DNA of 64,000 nt, taken from the NCBI RefSeq assembly GCF_009914755.1, contig NC_060926.1. The stretch is one strand, 5' to 3'. Under the pieces are notes generated by a model. The model was not told the DNA's origin, did no database searches, and was given only the letters and a program-made list of their open reading frames with translations. Shown here piece by piece: positions 25,453-41,317 of this stretch (positions are counted from its first letter, which is position 1; the number at the start of each line of letters is the position of its first letter). The position numbers and the translations under genes are program-made. Source of the DNA: the human T2T-CHM13v2.0 reference genome, Homo sapiens.

Positions 25453-26917
25453 AGCATGAAAGCAGTTGATTTGCATTCCAGCTTTCTTACTCATCATCTG
25501 AAGGAACCTGGGCCATTGAATAGCACACTAATTATAATGTCCCCAGGGAGAGTTCAGGATCTCTAGAAGGAGAAAGTGTGGCTCTCTAGAGGAAGTGATG
25601 GTAGAATTGGGAAGCACACAGTGGGAGGCAAATGTTGCACAGCTTGGAGCAGTTCTTTTGACAGTCTCCTAGATGAAGGCAAATAGGGACAGTGCTTGCA
25701 GGATTTGAGGTCATTCATATGTATTTGTGCCTTGGGGATATAGGTTTGCCACAGCCGACTTTCTTCATAGGAGCTTTGTCAGTCATTAGCATGACTAGGC
25801 TACAACTTCTTTGCGAGCTCTTTCATTGCACATAGCAGCAATATTTTCAGTGAAGACTAAACAGAAAACTTTATTCTTACCTGAGGATCTGGCATTGGAG
25901 AGTGGCCACCACATGAGTCAAGCACCAAGTTAGGTGAAATTCTAAATTCGATTCTCCTATATATAGTTTCCCAGTAATTATCCACTGAAGTTACAGTGAG
26001 CTTCAATGGAGCGAGTTCTTGAAAAAGGCCCTGTCTTCATCTCATCCTAATCCAGCTGAGGATGCAGAAATGCAGCTGTTGTGTATAGAGTAATTGGTTT
26101 CTTCAATTCTTGTGAAGTCTTGGCTCCTACTCTACCTAGATTTTCGTTGTTTTGGTTGTTGAATCACTTCCCTTTTTCACAGTATCTTATATACCTTAGC
26201 CTGAGATTGGCTGTGTGATGATCCTAAAGGCTCAACCTCCTTCGTAGACTCACTCCCACTGCACGGGAGTCTCCAAAGTGACTCCACTTCCACTTTTATT
26301 GCTTTTTCTGAGGAAATTCCAGGCATGATAAGTCAAATGAGAAATTTAATTTGAGAGGAAAAGAGGGAGGAGAGGAGCCTCTGAAATTACCTTTACAGTC
26401 TTATAATAACCTTGAAAAGTATTATATAGTTTGGGGGCAAAAGGAGCTGACCCTTATCTCTTATCATACTTGATTAGGTCTCTGTCTGAGGTTTCCAGGA
26501 GTTGTACCTCCATAGCTAGTGCTGCGTGCTCTTATAATGGAGCAGAGGTACTGTTGTTTGGGACTTAATACTCAGAGTGAACTATTGACTCAGGATAGGA
26601 CCAATTGCCGCCATTGTTCTTCTCCAGCACTTGGTAGAGACAGGGATTCTAAGCTGTCAAATTGGGATAAGTTGGATTTTAATTCTATTCAGTAGGGCAC
26701 AATTCATTGCCCTGTGATTTCCTAGGGGCAAAAAATGAGTCTGTTTTTATGTATCTATGGACTACCACAATAATTTACATAAAGATATTCAGATATTTAT
26801 TGTTACTTTTCTAACCAACATGTTAAAAAGTTACTTATGATAGCTATCCAAAAAATTGCTGATTGATAGATAGTATCTTTTCTCTGGAAATAGGTTGAAT
26901 TTTTAAAAATATTTTTA

Positions 26918-27334
<417 letters not shown>

Positions 27335-28469
27335 TCATTGAGTTTTCTAGTGGTTGATCTTATGTGTTTATATTTGCTCAGAAAATAAAAACTAGAAAAT
27401 GTGACTGTCATTATTTGTGTAAAATTTGAATAAAGCAACAATCCATATTAACAGTTATTGAAATATTGTGTATTGAACCAGTGTTAGCAATCCAGCATTG
27501 GCAACATCCTACTTTATTTATTTATAAGTTTTTGCAAATCAGTATAGTGATAGAAATGCATGAAATTACAATACTTGGAGAACTTTTTATAATAGGGAAA
27601 GAAGCTAGTGACAGAGGTGAGGATTTGTTCATGTATTACATGAAAATATTAATTTAATTGGTTTCCTTTAAAACTTTTGTATAAATGGCAGTGATAGTTA
27701 CAGAACTAGGAAAGATAGTTCATGCTTAAAGAGATCTGGCCTTCTCTTTTGTTAATGAATGACTTTAAAGTTGAAATTTGCATTAAGAATATTAATGTGA
27801 TAATTTTCAAAGTACCCATTAGTCTAACACTTTTAGGATAACAAAACTAAATTCTAATGAAGTTGACATGTGGAAGAACAGTGGTAGGTATTAGGAAAAA
27901 GTAATCTGATCACAATAAAAATATGCTTTTGCTCGAAAATCTGTCAAGATAAATTCCAAGCACTTCAAAAAATGCATGTTAAATGTGCTTTACTACAGTT
28001 TTGAAATAGATTAAAATTATATGCAAATTAATGCAAATCATGTGGCTTCAAGATTAAGTTTTGAAGTGCTATCTTCGTTCCCTGGAGTAAATGGCTGCTG
28101 AATGAATAGATGCATAAATATCTGACTGGATGACTGGCTGAATGAATGAATCAGTTTTTCACTTGGAAAGCTGTTTCATTCTCTTCTCTGCCAGAAGCCC
28201 AGTTTTATGATCTTATTCAAAATAGAATCTGGGAGGTGGGCGGTTGTAACTCAAAGATTAGCCTAATCAATCCAGTTCAACCCAGGGGACACCATCTGCC
28301 CCGGTCCAGTGTAGAGCGTAAAATGTAGTGCATCTGAACTACAAAGGAAGAATGTCATTTCCTCAGCACTCATTTGTTGAATAGGTATCTACTGAGCACG
28401 TATTGGGAGCCATGCCTTATTTCTGATGCATCACAGTTAACCTCTAAGCAGCAATTGCTATTGTTTTTG

Positions 28470-29340
28470 ATGTTCATTCTTTCTTGAAATTTCCTCTTCT
28501 CTTGAATTCTGCCATATTTCATTTTCTTCCCTTTCCTTCTACTTCTGTAAAATTTGCTTCCTTTCAATCTCCTTTTCTGACCTTGTTCTGGGAGTTCCCT
28601 GAGGCTCAGTTTTTGCCCTGTGTTCTTTCTCTGCTCCAGTGATTCTCAACCCTGGCTATGATCACAGCCTCTGAGGTGAGGCCCCAAGCATAGTCAAATA
28701 TTAAAAGCTCCGTAAGTAATTCTTATTCGCAGCTAGACTTGAGAGCCTTTTTTATACCATAGTCCGGGGAATTGTTTGTGTCTCAAAACTTTACTTACGT
28801 CTCTGCTGATTAGTGTCATACCACTATCTCCTTTCACTTAAGTGCCTGCTCTGTGCCCCTGCCTAACCAAGAAGATATTTCCATTTAGAAATACCATTCC
28901 CCTGGTTTATCTCCAAAATATCTTTATATCCTGATTTTTAATTTATTCTTTAGTTCTAATCTGAGGAAGATTAATCTTTGATCTTTCTTTATTTCTTGAT
29001 TCAATCTCTTTTGCATAGTATGACCAAATTAATACTAGCCTCATCAAAGAGTTAGCTACTCTTTTGCCCCAAATCCTTTTGGCTCTCCATTGTCTGCAGG
29101 GTCAAATTGAAAATCCTTATCATGGAATATGAAACTTAAAATTCTAGACCCACAGATCAGCTTCCTTACAGAACATCTCTTTGAGACTTTTGTAAAATAT
29201 AAGGGCCTGTGCATTCCAGCCTTCTGCATGAAGTCTTTCCTGACTTCAAGGTCCATGGTCACCTGTTCCCTCCAAGTCTTATGGATAGTGCTGTAAACTG
29301 TGTTATATCATGTAACTGTTTCATTGAAGTTTGGTAACCA
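28470..29340 (+). mobile_element. L2 remnant, interrupted by a MER5-like fragment at ~28637-28747
   Basis: Pyrimidine-rich L2-type sequence (GGAGTTCCCTGAGGCTCAG, GGCTCTCCATTGTCTGCAGGGTCAAA). MER5-type CAGTGATTCTCAACCCTGGCT...AAAAGCTCC...TTGAGA. Confidence 0.55.
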
Positions 29341-29484
29341 CCTGTAAGACAAAATCCTGACTGATCTTGTTCTGAAACATAACTGTGAATATGTACTTAT
29401 ATTGAGAAGTGAGCTATATGTTATAGCAGCAATGTAAGGAATACTAAAAGTGCACATAGCCTATTGTAAATTCTATAAGTTCAT

Positions 29485-29690
29485 AGTTAACCAACATTTA
29501 CTGAATGACTATTATGTGCTAGGAACTTGCTTATTCTTACTGTCTTATTTTGTCTTCATGTAAAGTGGCATTATCCCAATTTTAAATGAGAAGACTGAGT
29601 CCTAGCAACTTTAATCAGCTTTCTTCAATAGAAAGTTATGACTGGGATCCCAGTTTGATCTTCAGAGTTCAAATCTTGTACTTTGTCTCC
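29485..29690 (-). mobile_element. MIR
   Basis: AACATTTACTGAATGACTATTATGTGCTAGG...TTATCCCAATTTTAAATGAGAAGACTGAG. Confidence 0.6.
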
Positions 29691-29800
29691 CTAATTCAGT
29701 AAGCTCTTAGGAGAGAGGGCATTTTCTTTTCATCAAACTCAATGACATAGGAGGTAGCCATTAATATGTTAGTAAATAAAGTGAGAGAAGGATCCTAGGA

Positions 29801-30498
<698 letters not shown>

Positions 30499-32215
30499 TA
30501 GGATAACTGGATTTACCAGATCCCTCTCCAAAAGTCTTTCTAGATTTGGTCCCAAGTAGAAGGCCTGCCGTTGGCCAAAAATCAGCTTTCAGTGGTGGAT
30601 TGCTGTTAGAGTTGTTTAAGTAATACCTTGCTCATAGGGCTGATGCTGAAAATATTCTAAAATTATTTGTGCTATTTAGCTATATTAAGATACCTTCAGG
30701 AATTCATTTGATGTGATCTTACAATTGTAGGAGAGGAGAATTGAGGAAAATTAGCATAATGTTTATATAGTGAAGAAGATTAATGTATGGACACCTGGCA
30801 TGTATATTTTCTAAGAAACTATTTTAATGAACTGGAATTTGAACCCTGCCATTGTTACTTAAAGATTCAGACTAAGAAATGCTATAAGACCAAGCAGACC
30901 AAGTTTGTTTCCTTCAAAGGGAAAGAAGATTAGGGAACTCTCTATTCTCTCCTATCACTGTCTCTGACGTGGGAATGAGACCAGTTCCTATGATAACAGC
31001 TGTCCAGCTTGGAGGAACTTTCTGTTCCAATCTTTAGGGAATAGAAGACCATGGGTACTCTGTAGTTAGAGAGAAGGGAATTTAGCCCAAGGGAGGAGAA
31101 CACTTATTCAGAAGATCATTGTCCCATTAGGTCTCTGATATATGTGTAAAGTACATTTTCTGATTTAGATTTGGTAAGCAAATGTGCTTTAGAATAAAGA
31201 ATTTAATCCCAACTATCATTGCTGGCATGTACCTATTATACTATAAAATGATATCTCCTTTTATTATCTAAATAACTGAGTAAATTGAATGCTTATATTT
31301 TTATTAATTGAATAAATAATAGGCTTCACCTATAAAAGTAACTAAATTCTGTTGTCTGAACTCTTCTTTATTGCTAAAATTTAGCTTAATAGCTTTGTTT
31401 TCTTAGATACTATGTTATTTAAATTTTTTGCTTGAACTTTTCTATGAATAGAAAAATTAGGAGTAGGAAGCAGAACTTCAAAGGGAAATGTAATTTTACT
31501 CTTTTAGCTGCATTGCTGAGATCAAAAGCATTTGAGAAGTGACCTAGGTGGCCATTACACGTAATTGGAAAAGAAGTACAATTTCTTATTACTGCATCTA
31601 AAAATGAGGACAACATTCTTTAAATATCACGCTTATATAAAAACTTGCAGAAACTCAATCCACATGTCTTAATTAGAAGCCACCATAAAGAAAGACATTT
31701 CATTGTTTTAATAACTTATGTTCAGAAATAAAACTGCTCTTACTTAAGCACTGCTTAGCAGAAACGTTAAAATCAAGTCTAGAGAAAAAGTAGAAGATGG
31801 TAATGTTCCTAAGATACATGAGAACTGAGTTTGGTTACAGTTAGAGAGAAACAGAATTTTTTCCACTCCCAAACCAGATCTATTGAATTTACTTGGTTTA
31901 TTTTTGTATATATTTGGCATCTAAAGAATGAATTGCCTTTTAGACAAAACCCTTCTCGTAGTTGTTTCTTTTGTATTAATAGTTCCTACTTTGCACTAAT
32001 AGGATATTCCTATTTGAAAGGGGACTATTGCAAACAACAGGAATGTATGAGTTTTATGAGAAAAGCTTCCAGATTTTTTTTTATACAATATAAATGAATT
32101 ACTGAACAGAGTTTGTGACAATGGGTATATGAACTCCTGAGTATATGCAGATACTAACTGGGAGGGCCACAAGTAGAATGTTCAGTTATTTTATTCACCT
32201 TAAAAAATAGATATC

Positions 32216-32563
<348 letters not shown>

Positions 32564-33726
32564 TCAAGATTTTTGCGTTCATGCTTGCTTTTCTGTTTAA
32601 AATCAGTGCTATAGTAGTTGATTTTTTTTCTGTATGGACAAGAATGAAATAATCATTGACATATAGAAAAGTGAAGGAACATTGAATCATCGCATGGTGT
32701 ATACCTTCTCGGTCTGTAGCATGTTCATGTTTAAGCCACTGAACTTGACACTGTGAGACAGTGAACATGCAACACTGAAAGAACAGCTGGATAAAGCAAA
32801 AGGGTGTGGCAAATCATGCCATACTTAGGAACAGCTGTGCAGAAGGAGGTGCAGTGGACATAAGAGAAGACTGGCATGGGAGACAAGGTGAGTGGAATCT
32901 GCAAGAGCCAGTAGATTCTTGGCTGTGATGGGTACGCTGGGCTTGAGTAGTGAGGAACCTCTTTAGGTCTCAGATAGGGCTGTGGCTGAAGCGTAGTTGT
33001 GTTCTGGAAGTATTGTGGGTTTTTCTCTCCCTCAGTGTAGTAGTGCATTTCCTATTCAACGACACCTCCAACTGATAGGTATTAATTGTCTTAAAAAATA
33101 GAAAAAAACAACTATAGTTCTTACTTACATAGCACGGTATGCTGGGCACTATAAAGAGAAAATGAACGCCTGGTCCCTATCATTAAAGAACGAATATGCT
33201 TTGAAACTCAAGAACTGTACAGATGTAAGGTAGCATTATTATTGTAATAAAAGAAAAAGCGTTGTTCTAAGCAGGCAGTTAAACATACAGAAGAAAATTT
33301 ATAACATTGAAAATACCCTGAAACTCTAGCTCGTTACCTAACAGTGATTTCATTTATTGTGAAAAATGGCGAATGCAAATTGCATGCCTTATTATGGTGT
33401 CATCATCAGCAATTTCATCTTGCAAAAATGGACACCACACTATAGATAAATCTTGGAGTCCAAGTATTCAGCATTTAAAGTGTTTGTCAGTATTCACTGG
33501 CATCTTTGAATGTTATAGCTGGGGAAACGTTTAGATAACCCTTTGTTTTTCTCACACCATTGAAAAAAAGGTAAAGAGACATTAAAGAGTAGCCCCACAT
33601 TTCTTGACTGTTAACACAGCAGAGCCAGAACTCCCTGTAAAGACTCTGCTTCCCAGATCAATATTGGTGGTGGTTTAATTTAACCCAGACATCTCTTGAC
33701 TTATGCCCCTTCTGATTGAAACCCTT

Positions 33727-34082
33727 CGATATGGTTTGGCTGTGTCCCCACCCAATTCTTATCTTGAATTGGAGCTCCCACAATTCCCATGTTTCCTGGA
33801 AGGGACCTGGTGGGAGGTAGTTGAATCATGGGTGTGGGTCTTTCCTGTGCTGTTCTCCTGATAGTAAATAAGTCTCAAGAGATCTGATGGTTTTATAAAG
33901 GGGAGTTTCCCTGCACAAGTTCTGTCTCGTCTGCCAGCATGTAAGACATGCCTTTTGCCTTCCGCCATGATTGTGGGGCCTCCCCAGCCACGTGGAACTG
34001 TGAGTCCATTAGATCTCTTTTTCTTTATAAACACCCAGCCTCAGGTATGTCTTTGTTAGCAGTGTGAGAACTGACTAGTATA
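33727..34082 (+). mobile_element. THE1 solo LTR, THE1C/D-like
   Basis: GATATGGTTTGGCTGTGTCCCCACCCA...GAGATCTGATGGTTTTATAAAGGGGAGTTTCCCTGCACAAG. Near-TSD CCCTT/CCTTT. Confidence 0.9.
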
Positions 34083-34084
34083 CC

Positions 34085-34600
34085 TTTTCAGTGTCTTACC
34101 ATTTGCTTGAAATAAAGTCCAGGGCCGTTAACGTGACCCACAAGCCCGGAGTGTCCCAGCCCCACCTACCTCTCCAAATTCATCCCTGCCATTCTTCCCC
34201 TGCTCCCATGCCACAATCGCAGAAGCCTGTCTTCGTTTCTTCCAGCCCAACAAACTCCCATGGCAGGAATGTTGCAACTACTTCAACTGGTCCCCATTCT
34301 TCACCTGGGATGACACCCTTCTGCTCTCATATGCAATATTTTTTTTTTAGGAACTACCTTGGCATTTCTTGACCTTTCCAACTAAACCAGCTCTCTCTGC
34401 ACTTATAATTTATAACATTGTTTTCCTTTGTGGTATCTCTGATTGTTTTTATGTATTTATTTGTGAATATTTGCTTTATGTGTTTCCTCAGCTGGTCTGT
34501 TCTCTTCATGAACAAATGTGTCAATTTTGTTCCTTGCTGTACACATAGTGCCCAGCACAGAATACAGACTCAATACATAAATATATATTGGTGTTTGGAT
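34085..34600 (+). mobile_element. L2 3' remnant
   Basis: AATAAAGTCCA..., ending GTGCCCAGCACAGAATACAGACTCAATA. Confidence 0.55.
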
Positions 34601-35159
34601 GGAAGAGGAAGTAATAAGAATATGATTGTGATAATCACTGGAAATAGAAGTAATTTGTCAGTTTTACATGATTGAATAATTGAAGCAAATGTCTGCCAAA
34701 ACAAGTTAGAATCCTGTAGAGGAGCTACATTATAATGGTATTGAGCAAAATATCTTTAGGTGAAGGTAGTATTATGTATTTCTGGGCATTACAAAAATAT
34801 AAGCAGAAATATATTTTAAAATAATGAGATTTTAGAGTAGCATGTATATGTTTATTAATTATTATCCTCACTAGGAGATCAAAACAGTTGATTAAGAGGA
34901 ATACAGTTCCACAATGGGAGAGCCATTTTGAGAATTAATAGACTGTAGCTGGCAAAAGGAAAATAGGAGTTAGAGCTTAGCAAAGGGAGAGGAAATTTCT
35001 TCTACCCCTATCCTCCCATAGTTCAGCAGCAGAGTGTTTATTAAACCAAAAGTGATCAAATCACTTTTACTGTGTCAGCGATGGGCTGAAAAAGGCACCT
35101 GCATTTCATGAATTGATGAGTAATTGTTTTTAGTCCTGATTCTAAGTACCCTGTTGATT

Positions 35160-35345
35160 GCAATAGTGTGATGTGGTTGAAAAAGCACTAGGTTTAGAGC
35201 TAGAACACCTGGATTTGAGTCCTAGTGTCACCACTTACCTTGTTCATTAGACCTGGTACAAGTCACTTAACCTCACTGAGGGTGATTTTGTTAATGAAAT
35301 GGTACCCTGCAGGATTCTTGCATGTATCAAATAAGATAATTACAG
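35160..35345 (+). mobile_element. MIR
   Basis: GTGGTTGAAAAAGCACTAGG...CCTGGATTTGAGTCCTAG...CAAGTCACTTAACCTC. Confidence 0.7.
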
Positions 35346-35889
35346 GAAAGCTCTTGGAGAACTGGATGCAGTGCTGAAATGAGCTCTGTGGAGTCATGTA
35401 TATATTTGTCTCTAAGTAATGCGCTTAATGCACTTTGTGCAGATAAGGGTGCTACACCCAGTCCTCTGATCTGGACAAGCTCACGTTCCACTGGGTAGAT
35501 GAGATGCATGCTAAGAAATGTGTCTTGATGCAGAAATTATCACAATGCCACATACTTTGGGAATTTATAGATGTGGGGAAGAAGACTCCTTACTGAGATA
35601 TCACTGAAGCATTTTTGGGGAAGAAATAGCATTTAACCTGGACCTTGAAACATGAGTATGGTTTCTATCTGACGTTCCATTTCTTGTTCCATTGATCCCT
35701 CCCTGCCCCTCCTTACCTCTCCTCCCCTCTCCTTATGCCTCTCTTCTCTTACCTACCCTTCCTGTCTTTATCCCCTGCTCCGTTTGCCACTCCCTTCCCC
35801 AAACTTGTATTGGGAAAGCAGTTTGATGGTTGGAAAGGGTGGTTTATTGATCTAAGATATGAATACCAGTTCAATTTTGAAATAAAATA

Positions 35890-36233
35890 CAGATGGTCCC
35901 CAACTTAAAATGGTTTGACTTGAGATTTTTTGACTTATGCTGGTGTGAAAGCAGTACCTATTCAGTAGAAACCACACTTCCAGATTTGAATTTTCATCTT
36001 TTCCCAGGCTAGGAATATGTGGCGTGATCCTCACATGTGAGTTGTTCAAGACTTCATTATAAAATAGGTTTTGTGTTAAATGATTGTGTCCAACTGCAGG
36101 CTTATGTAAGTGTTCCAAGCATGTTTAGGCTAGGCTAGGCTAGGCTAAGCTATGGCGTGTTCTGTATGTTAGGTATATTAAATGCATTTTGACTTACAGT
36201 GGATTATCAAGATAGTAAGTCAAGGAGCATCTG
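35890..36233 (-). mobile_element. MER47-like non-autonomous Tigger element
   Basis: TA on both sides. TIRs CAGATGGTCCCCAACTTA / TAAGTCAAGGAGCATCTG. Internal (AGGCT)n and TAAAATAGGTTTTGTGTTA. Confidence 0.85.
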
Positions 36234-36638
36234 TACTCCATTTATTGACACCCCATTTAAAAAAATTGTTAAAAACTATCAAACTATGAACATGAAGTGA
36301 AGGATGCATGTTTCGATGTAGTCTGAAATTAGCTTTCAACATGAATGAAGTGTTAGGTTTTAGCTTCGCGGGCAACTTTGTCTGATTTTCTTCCATTGAC
36401 ATAAAAATAGTCTCAGGCTTGTGTGGGAAAATTAAGTATATAGATACTATTGCATTTATCAAGGGAGATATAACTTGTGGATTCATTCTATAATGTTTTA
36501 CAGGAGAATTTTTTTTATCTCAGAAATAAGAATTTTACATCTCTACAAGTAAATCAGAAATATAATTAGATACATAAATTCATAAACATACAAAATAGGT
36601 AAAATGATTATATGGATTTCTAAAAGTACCTTTAAATT

Positions 36639-36945
36639 GGCTGGGCATGGTGGCTCAGGCTTGTAATCCTAGCACTTTGGGAGGCCAAGGCACGTGAATT
36701 GCCAGAGCTCAGGAGTTTGAGACCACCCTGGGCAACATGGCAAAACCCCGTCTCTACTAAAAATACAAAAATTAGCTGGGTGTGGTGGTTCATGCCTGTA
36801 ATCCCAGCTATTCAGGAGGCTGAGGCAGCAGAATCGCTTGAACCCAGGAGGCGGAAGTTGGTGCGCCAAGATCGTGCCACTGCACTCCAGCCTAGGTGAC
36901 AGAGTGAGACTCCATCTCCGAAAAAATAATAATGATAAAATAAAA
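36639..36945 (+). mobile_element. Alu, AluS/J-like
   Basis: Full dimer. Near-TSD AAAGTACCTTTAAATT/AAAATACCTTTCGATT. Confidence 0.92.
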
Positions 36946-37680
36946 TACCTTTCGATTATACTATAGAGCAAAAAAAATCGTGTAGGTGTGGATAAGTGAG
37001 TATGTATGTGAGTGTGCATGTGGATTTGCTTGTATGAAGACATGAAGAAAATACAAAGGGAAACTCTTATTTCTGAGAGGTAGGATTGTGGGTGAGTTTT
37101 TTCCTTTATGGTTGTTTTTATTTTAGATATTTTCTACAGTGATCATGTATTTTATTATAAAAGTGTTATAAAAATGAGTTTTTACATGCTATATAGAACT
37201 AAAAACACTTACAAATGCAAAAACATTATGTCTTTTGAAATGCAAGGCCTCTACAGAAACAGTATCCCTCCTGTTTTTAAAATCACACTTTTGATACCCA
37301 ATGAGATAGTTCACCTTCGGTAACATGAGGCGTTTAATTAACATCCAGTGGGGTATGATTGGACCCCCTGATGTGTCATACTTTCACGTGAATTATTATC
37401 TTGCAACATACATTCTAGTAATAACAATGACGTTATCTAGTAAGTTTTCATAAATACTAAGACTATATAAAAATCTTAGCTTTTCCTCTTTATCTCTTAG
37501 ACAGTACGTAGTTCAAAGTATACTTTTTACAAGAGCCCGTGTCTTCTAAAAATCTAGGGACATGTTAGAAATTAATGCATTTAGTTTACCATTTTTAAAT
37601 AACTGAGTTTTATTTCATTGACATAAAGGATCCAAGATTTTAAGTGTTTGGATTTTATTCTCTTAAAAAATAAAAATTAC

Positions 37681-37841
37681 TTTTTTTTTTTTTTTTGAGA
37701 CAGATTCTTACTCTGTTGCCCAGGCTGGAGTGCAGTGGTGCAATCTTGGCTCACTGCAACCTCCTCCTCCCGGGTTCAAGCAATTCTCCTGCCTTGGTTC
37801 CCAAATAGCTGGGATTACAGACACGTGTCACCATGCCTGGC
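37681..37841 (-). mobile_element. Alu right arm only
   Basis: Poly-T then GAGACAGATTCTTACTCTGTTGCCCAGGCTGG...CCATGCCTGGC. Confidence 0.88.
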
Positions 37842-38189
37842 CTGGTCTTTCTTAAAGAGGGCTTTCCCTGAGTGTATACATCCAGCTTTGTAAGTTGATG
37901 AATTTGGTTCTCAGTAAGTTTGTAAAGAGACCCTGCTGATGTCTGATCATGAGGAGCTCACTATTCTGTAGGAAAGACCATACCCTAGTTGGGCAGCTCT
38001 AATCATTTCGAATTTTCACCTGATTTCCGCCTCTCTGTAATTTCCAGCCCTTGGCCATATGTTGTTTTCTGGAATTCTAATGGATAAGACTATTTGCTCT
38101 ATGAGATAACCCATCACATATTTGAAGACCACTATTTGTCCTACCTAACTTTTGTTTCTAAGGCTCACCCCAACAACCCACCCCCAGTT

Positions 38190-39190
<1,001 letters not shown>

Positions 39191-40998
39191 AAAATTGCAA
39201 GACGTTGAAAGGGCCTAACCTGGCTCCCTGAGTAAAAATTGTGTAAGAGGGTTCTAGGGTATCCTCTGTTCACTATGTGTAGATCATAAGTTGAGGAAAG
39301 AGATTTTAACCATGAAGTTAAAGTCATATGCTACACCAAAGTAAGCTAGATGTTGATTTGCCAAATCTGTAGTTAATTTATCTCTGCTGGGCTCCATTTA
39401 GGATTTGATTTTAAGAAGGGAGTTGTTTGCCATAATGTTACAAGGTCAGCCCTGTTCTGGGTTTCTATTAGCTACAGTTAGTGTTTTGGAGTATCAGAGA
39501 AACGGTGCTTCCTTCTATTCAGCTCATGGCATCAGGAGGCACAAAATCTGTGCTTTTACAGCAGCATAAATTTCTCTGGTCAAGGTCAGTTGTGTTAGCA
39601 AGGCACATATCATCGTATCAATTTTACATTTTCTAAGTCATTTTGTAGACATTTTGTTGAGTAAAAGTATTCTCTTACTTCTAGTAAGGTAGTTTCAGGA
39701 AAACACTTAAGTATTATATATGTAAACCAAACAGACTTTTCCCATTGATTAACTGTATTTTCCATTTTGATTTTAGAAATGTTTACCTTAAGCCTGGCCA
39801 CAGCTTTGTGGCGACTTCTTCAATGTACTCCCTGCCTCAATCTGATGTGGCCATGCACTCGAAATTCTTAACTTTCTATTTACTCTTTTAGAGAGAGATG
39901 ATTTGTATAATCTTTCTCTTCTCCACATCCCACTGTTCCCTGTATGTCCCTCCTTTTCTCTTGTGCCTCATTTTGTGTGTGCATTTGACAACAAATGCAG
40001 GGAGGAAAACAAACAAACTGAGTATAATCAGCAAGAAAAAACATCATCTTATGAACTGGCAACCAAATTCTTCATGAAGAATTTGGTTTTTGAAGAACAA
40101 CTGTTTTTGTTCAAGATAATACTTTGAAAAAAGATTTGTCATAGAAGTTTAAAAACTTGAATAGACAGCTCTCATTGTCTGTAAGGCTAGGTTTCTGCGG
40201 CTTTTAATGTGTAAGAGACTTGTCCCATTTAACAATAAATATTTTAGTGCCACTTAAAAGTATAATTAATATATCTTTCTTAAAAGTGGTATTCCCTCCC
40301 TCTACGTATATTTCTCTTTCCTCAGCCCCAAAAGCACATATTCAGGGAGGGAAGGTAAGGGATTTACATCCTTTTTCCATCACTACGTCAAAACTTATAC
40401 AATTTATACAATTTAATATTATTAAGGTAGTTAATGTAGCAGTTCATGTGAAGTTACTCAGTAGAAATACTTTAAATCATATAAAAATATAGCTGAATAT
40501 AAATTGAAGGGTCAGAGATTAAGGGTGAAGCAAGTTTTAAAAATCAGAAGCATTTCCAAATTCAAGTTATTTGGGGTAGCTGTAGAGAAATAATTGAATG
40601 ACCCTTAGCAATATTTTAGGAAAACTTTTACCTAATGAAAAATTCTACTCCAAAGCTGTGTTTTACTTCATAAAATTAATAGAAAGTGGGGAATATCTCT
40701 ACACTTCCAATATCATGCTTTCCTTTAGTCCTAGTAAAAAGGGACCCAGAATCTTTGTTTTACCCTCCCAAATTACCCACTTTAATACGAATACATGAAA
40801 ATAGATTTTAAAAAAGAAGTGAATAAAATAGATGAATTTGTCCTTTTTTTTTTTTTAACTATGGTCCTTAGACAATAGCTTTCAACTCTCCATAGAACTG
40901 GAACAACTTGCACGATGTTGACTACAGTAAGATAACAAAATTGTATATTGTATGAGGCAAATACGTGTGGTTGTCTTATCTAACCACAATGATAAGTA

Positions 40999-41317
40999 CG
41001 GTAGTGTCATCCAGGGTTTCATCTTCTGCAGTTCAGTTACCTATGGTCAACCACGGTCGCAAAGTAGGTTGAGATCATTACAATGAGATATTTTGAAAGA
41101 AAGAACACTTTCACATACCTTTTACTGCAGTATATTGCTGTAATTATTCTTTTTCATTATTAGCATTGTTAGTCTCTTATTCTGCCTAACTGATAAGCTT
41201 TATTGTATGTAAGTATAGGAAAAAACATAGTGTATATAGGGTTTGGTGCTATTACCAGGGTCAGGCATCCACTAGGGGTCTGGAAACACATCCCCTGTGG
41301 GTAAGGGAAGACTACTG
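40999..41317 (+). mobile_element. MER44A-like (Tigger7-derived) element
   Basis: Flanked by TA. CAGTTACCTATGGTCAACCACGGTC and GGCATCCACTAGGGGTCTGGAAACACATCCCCTGTGG...ACTACTG. Confidence 0.85.

Noticed and set aside
35695-35800. Pyrimidine-rich tract (possible triplex DNA)
   Set aside because: Low-complexity and interrupted, with no clear mirror symmetry; common in primate DNA.
39787-39890. Minus-strand donor AAG|GTAAAC suggesting another exon
   Set aside because: The acceptor is weak and all frames are closed; indistinguishable from chance.
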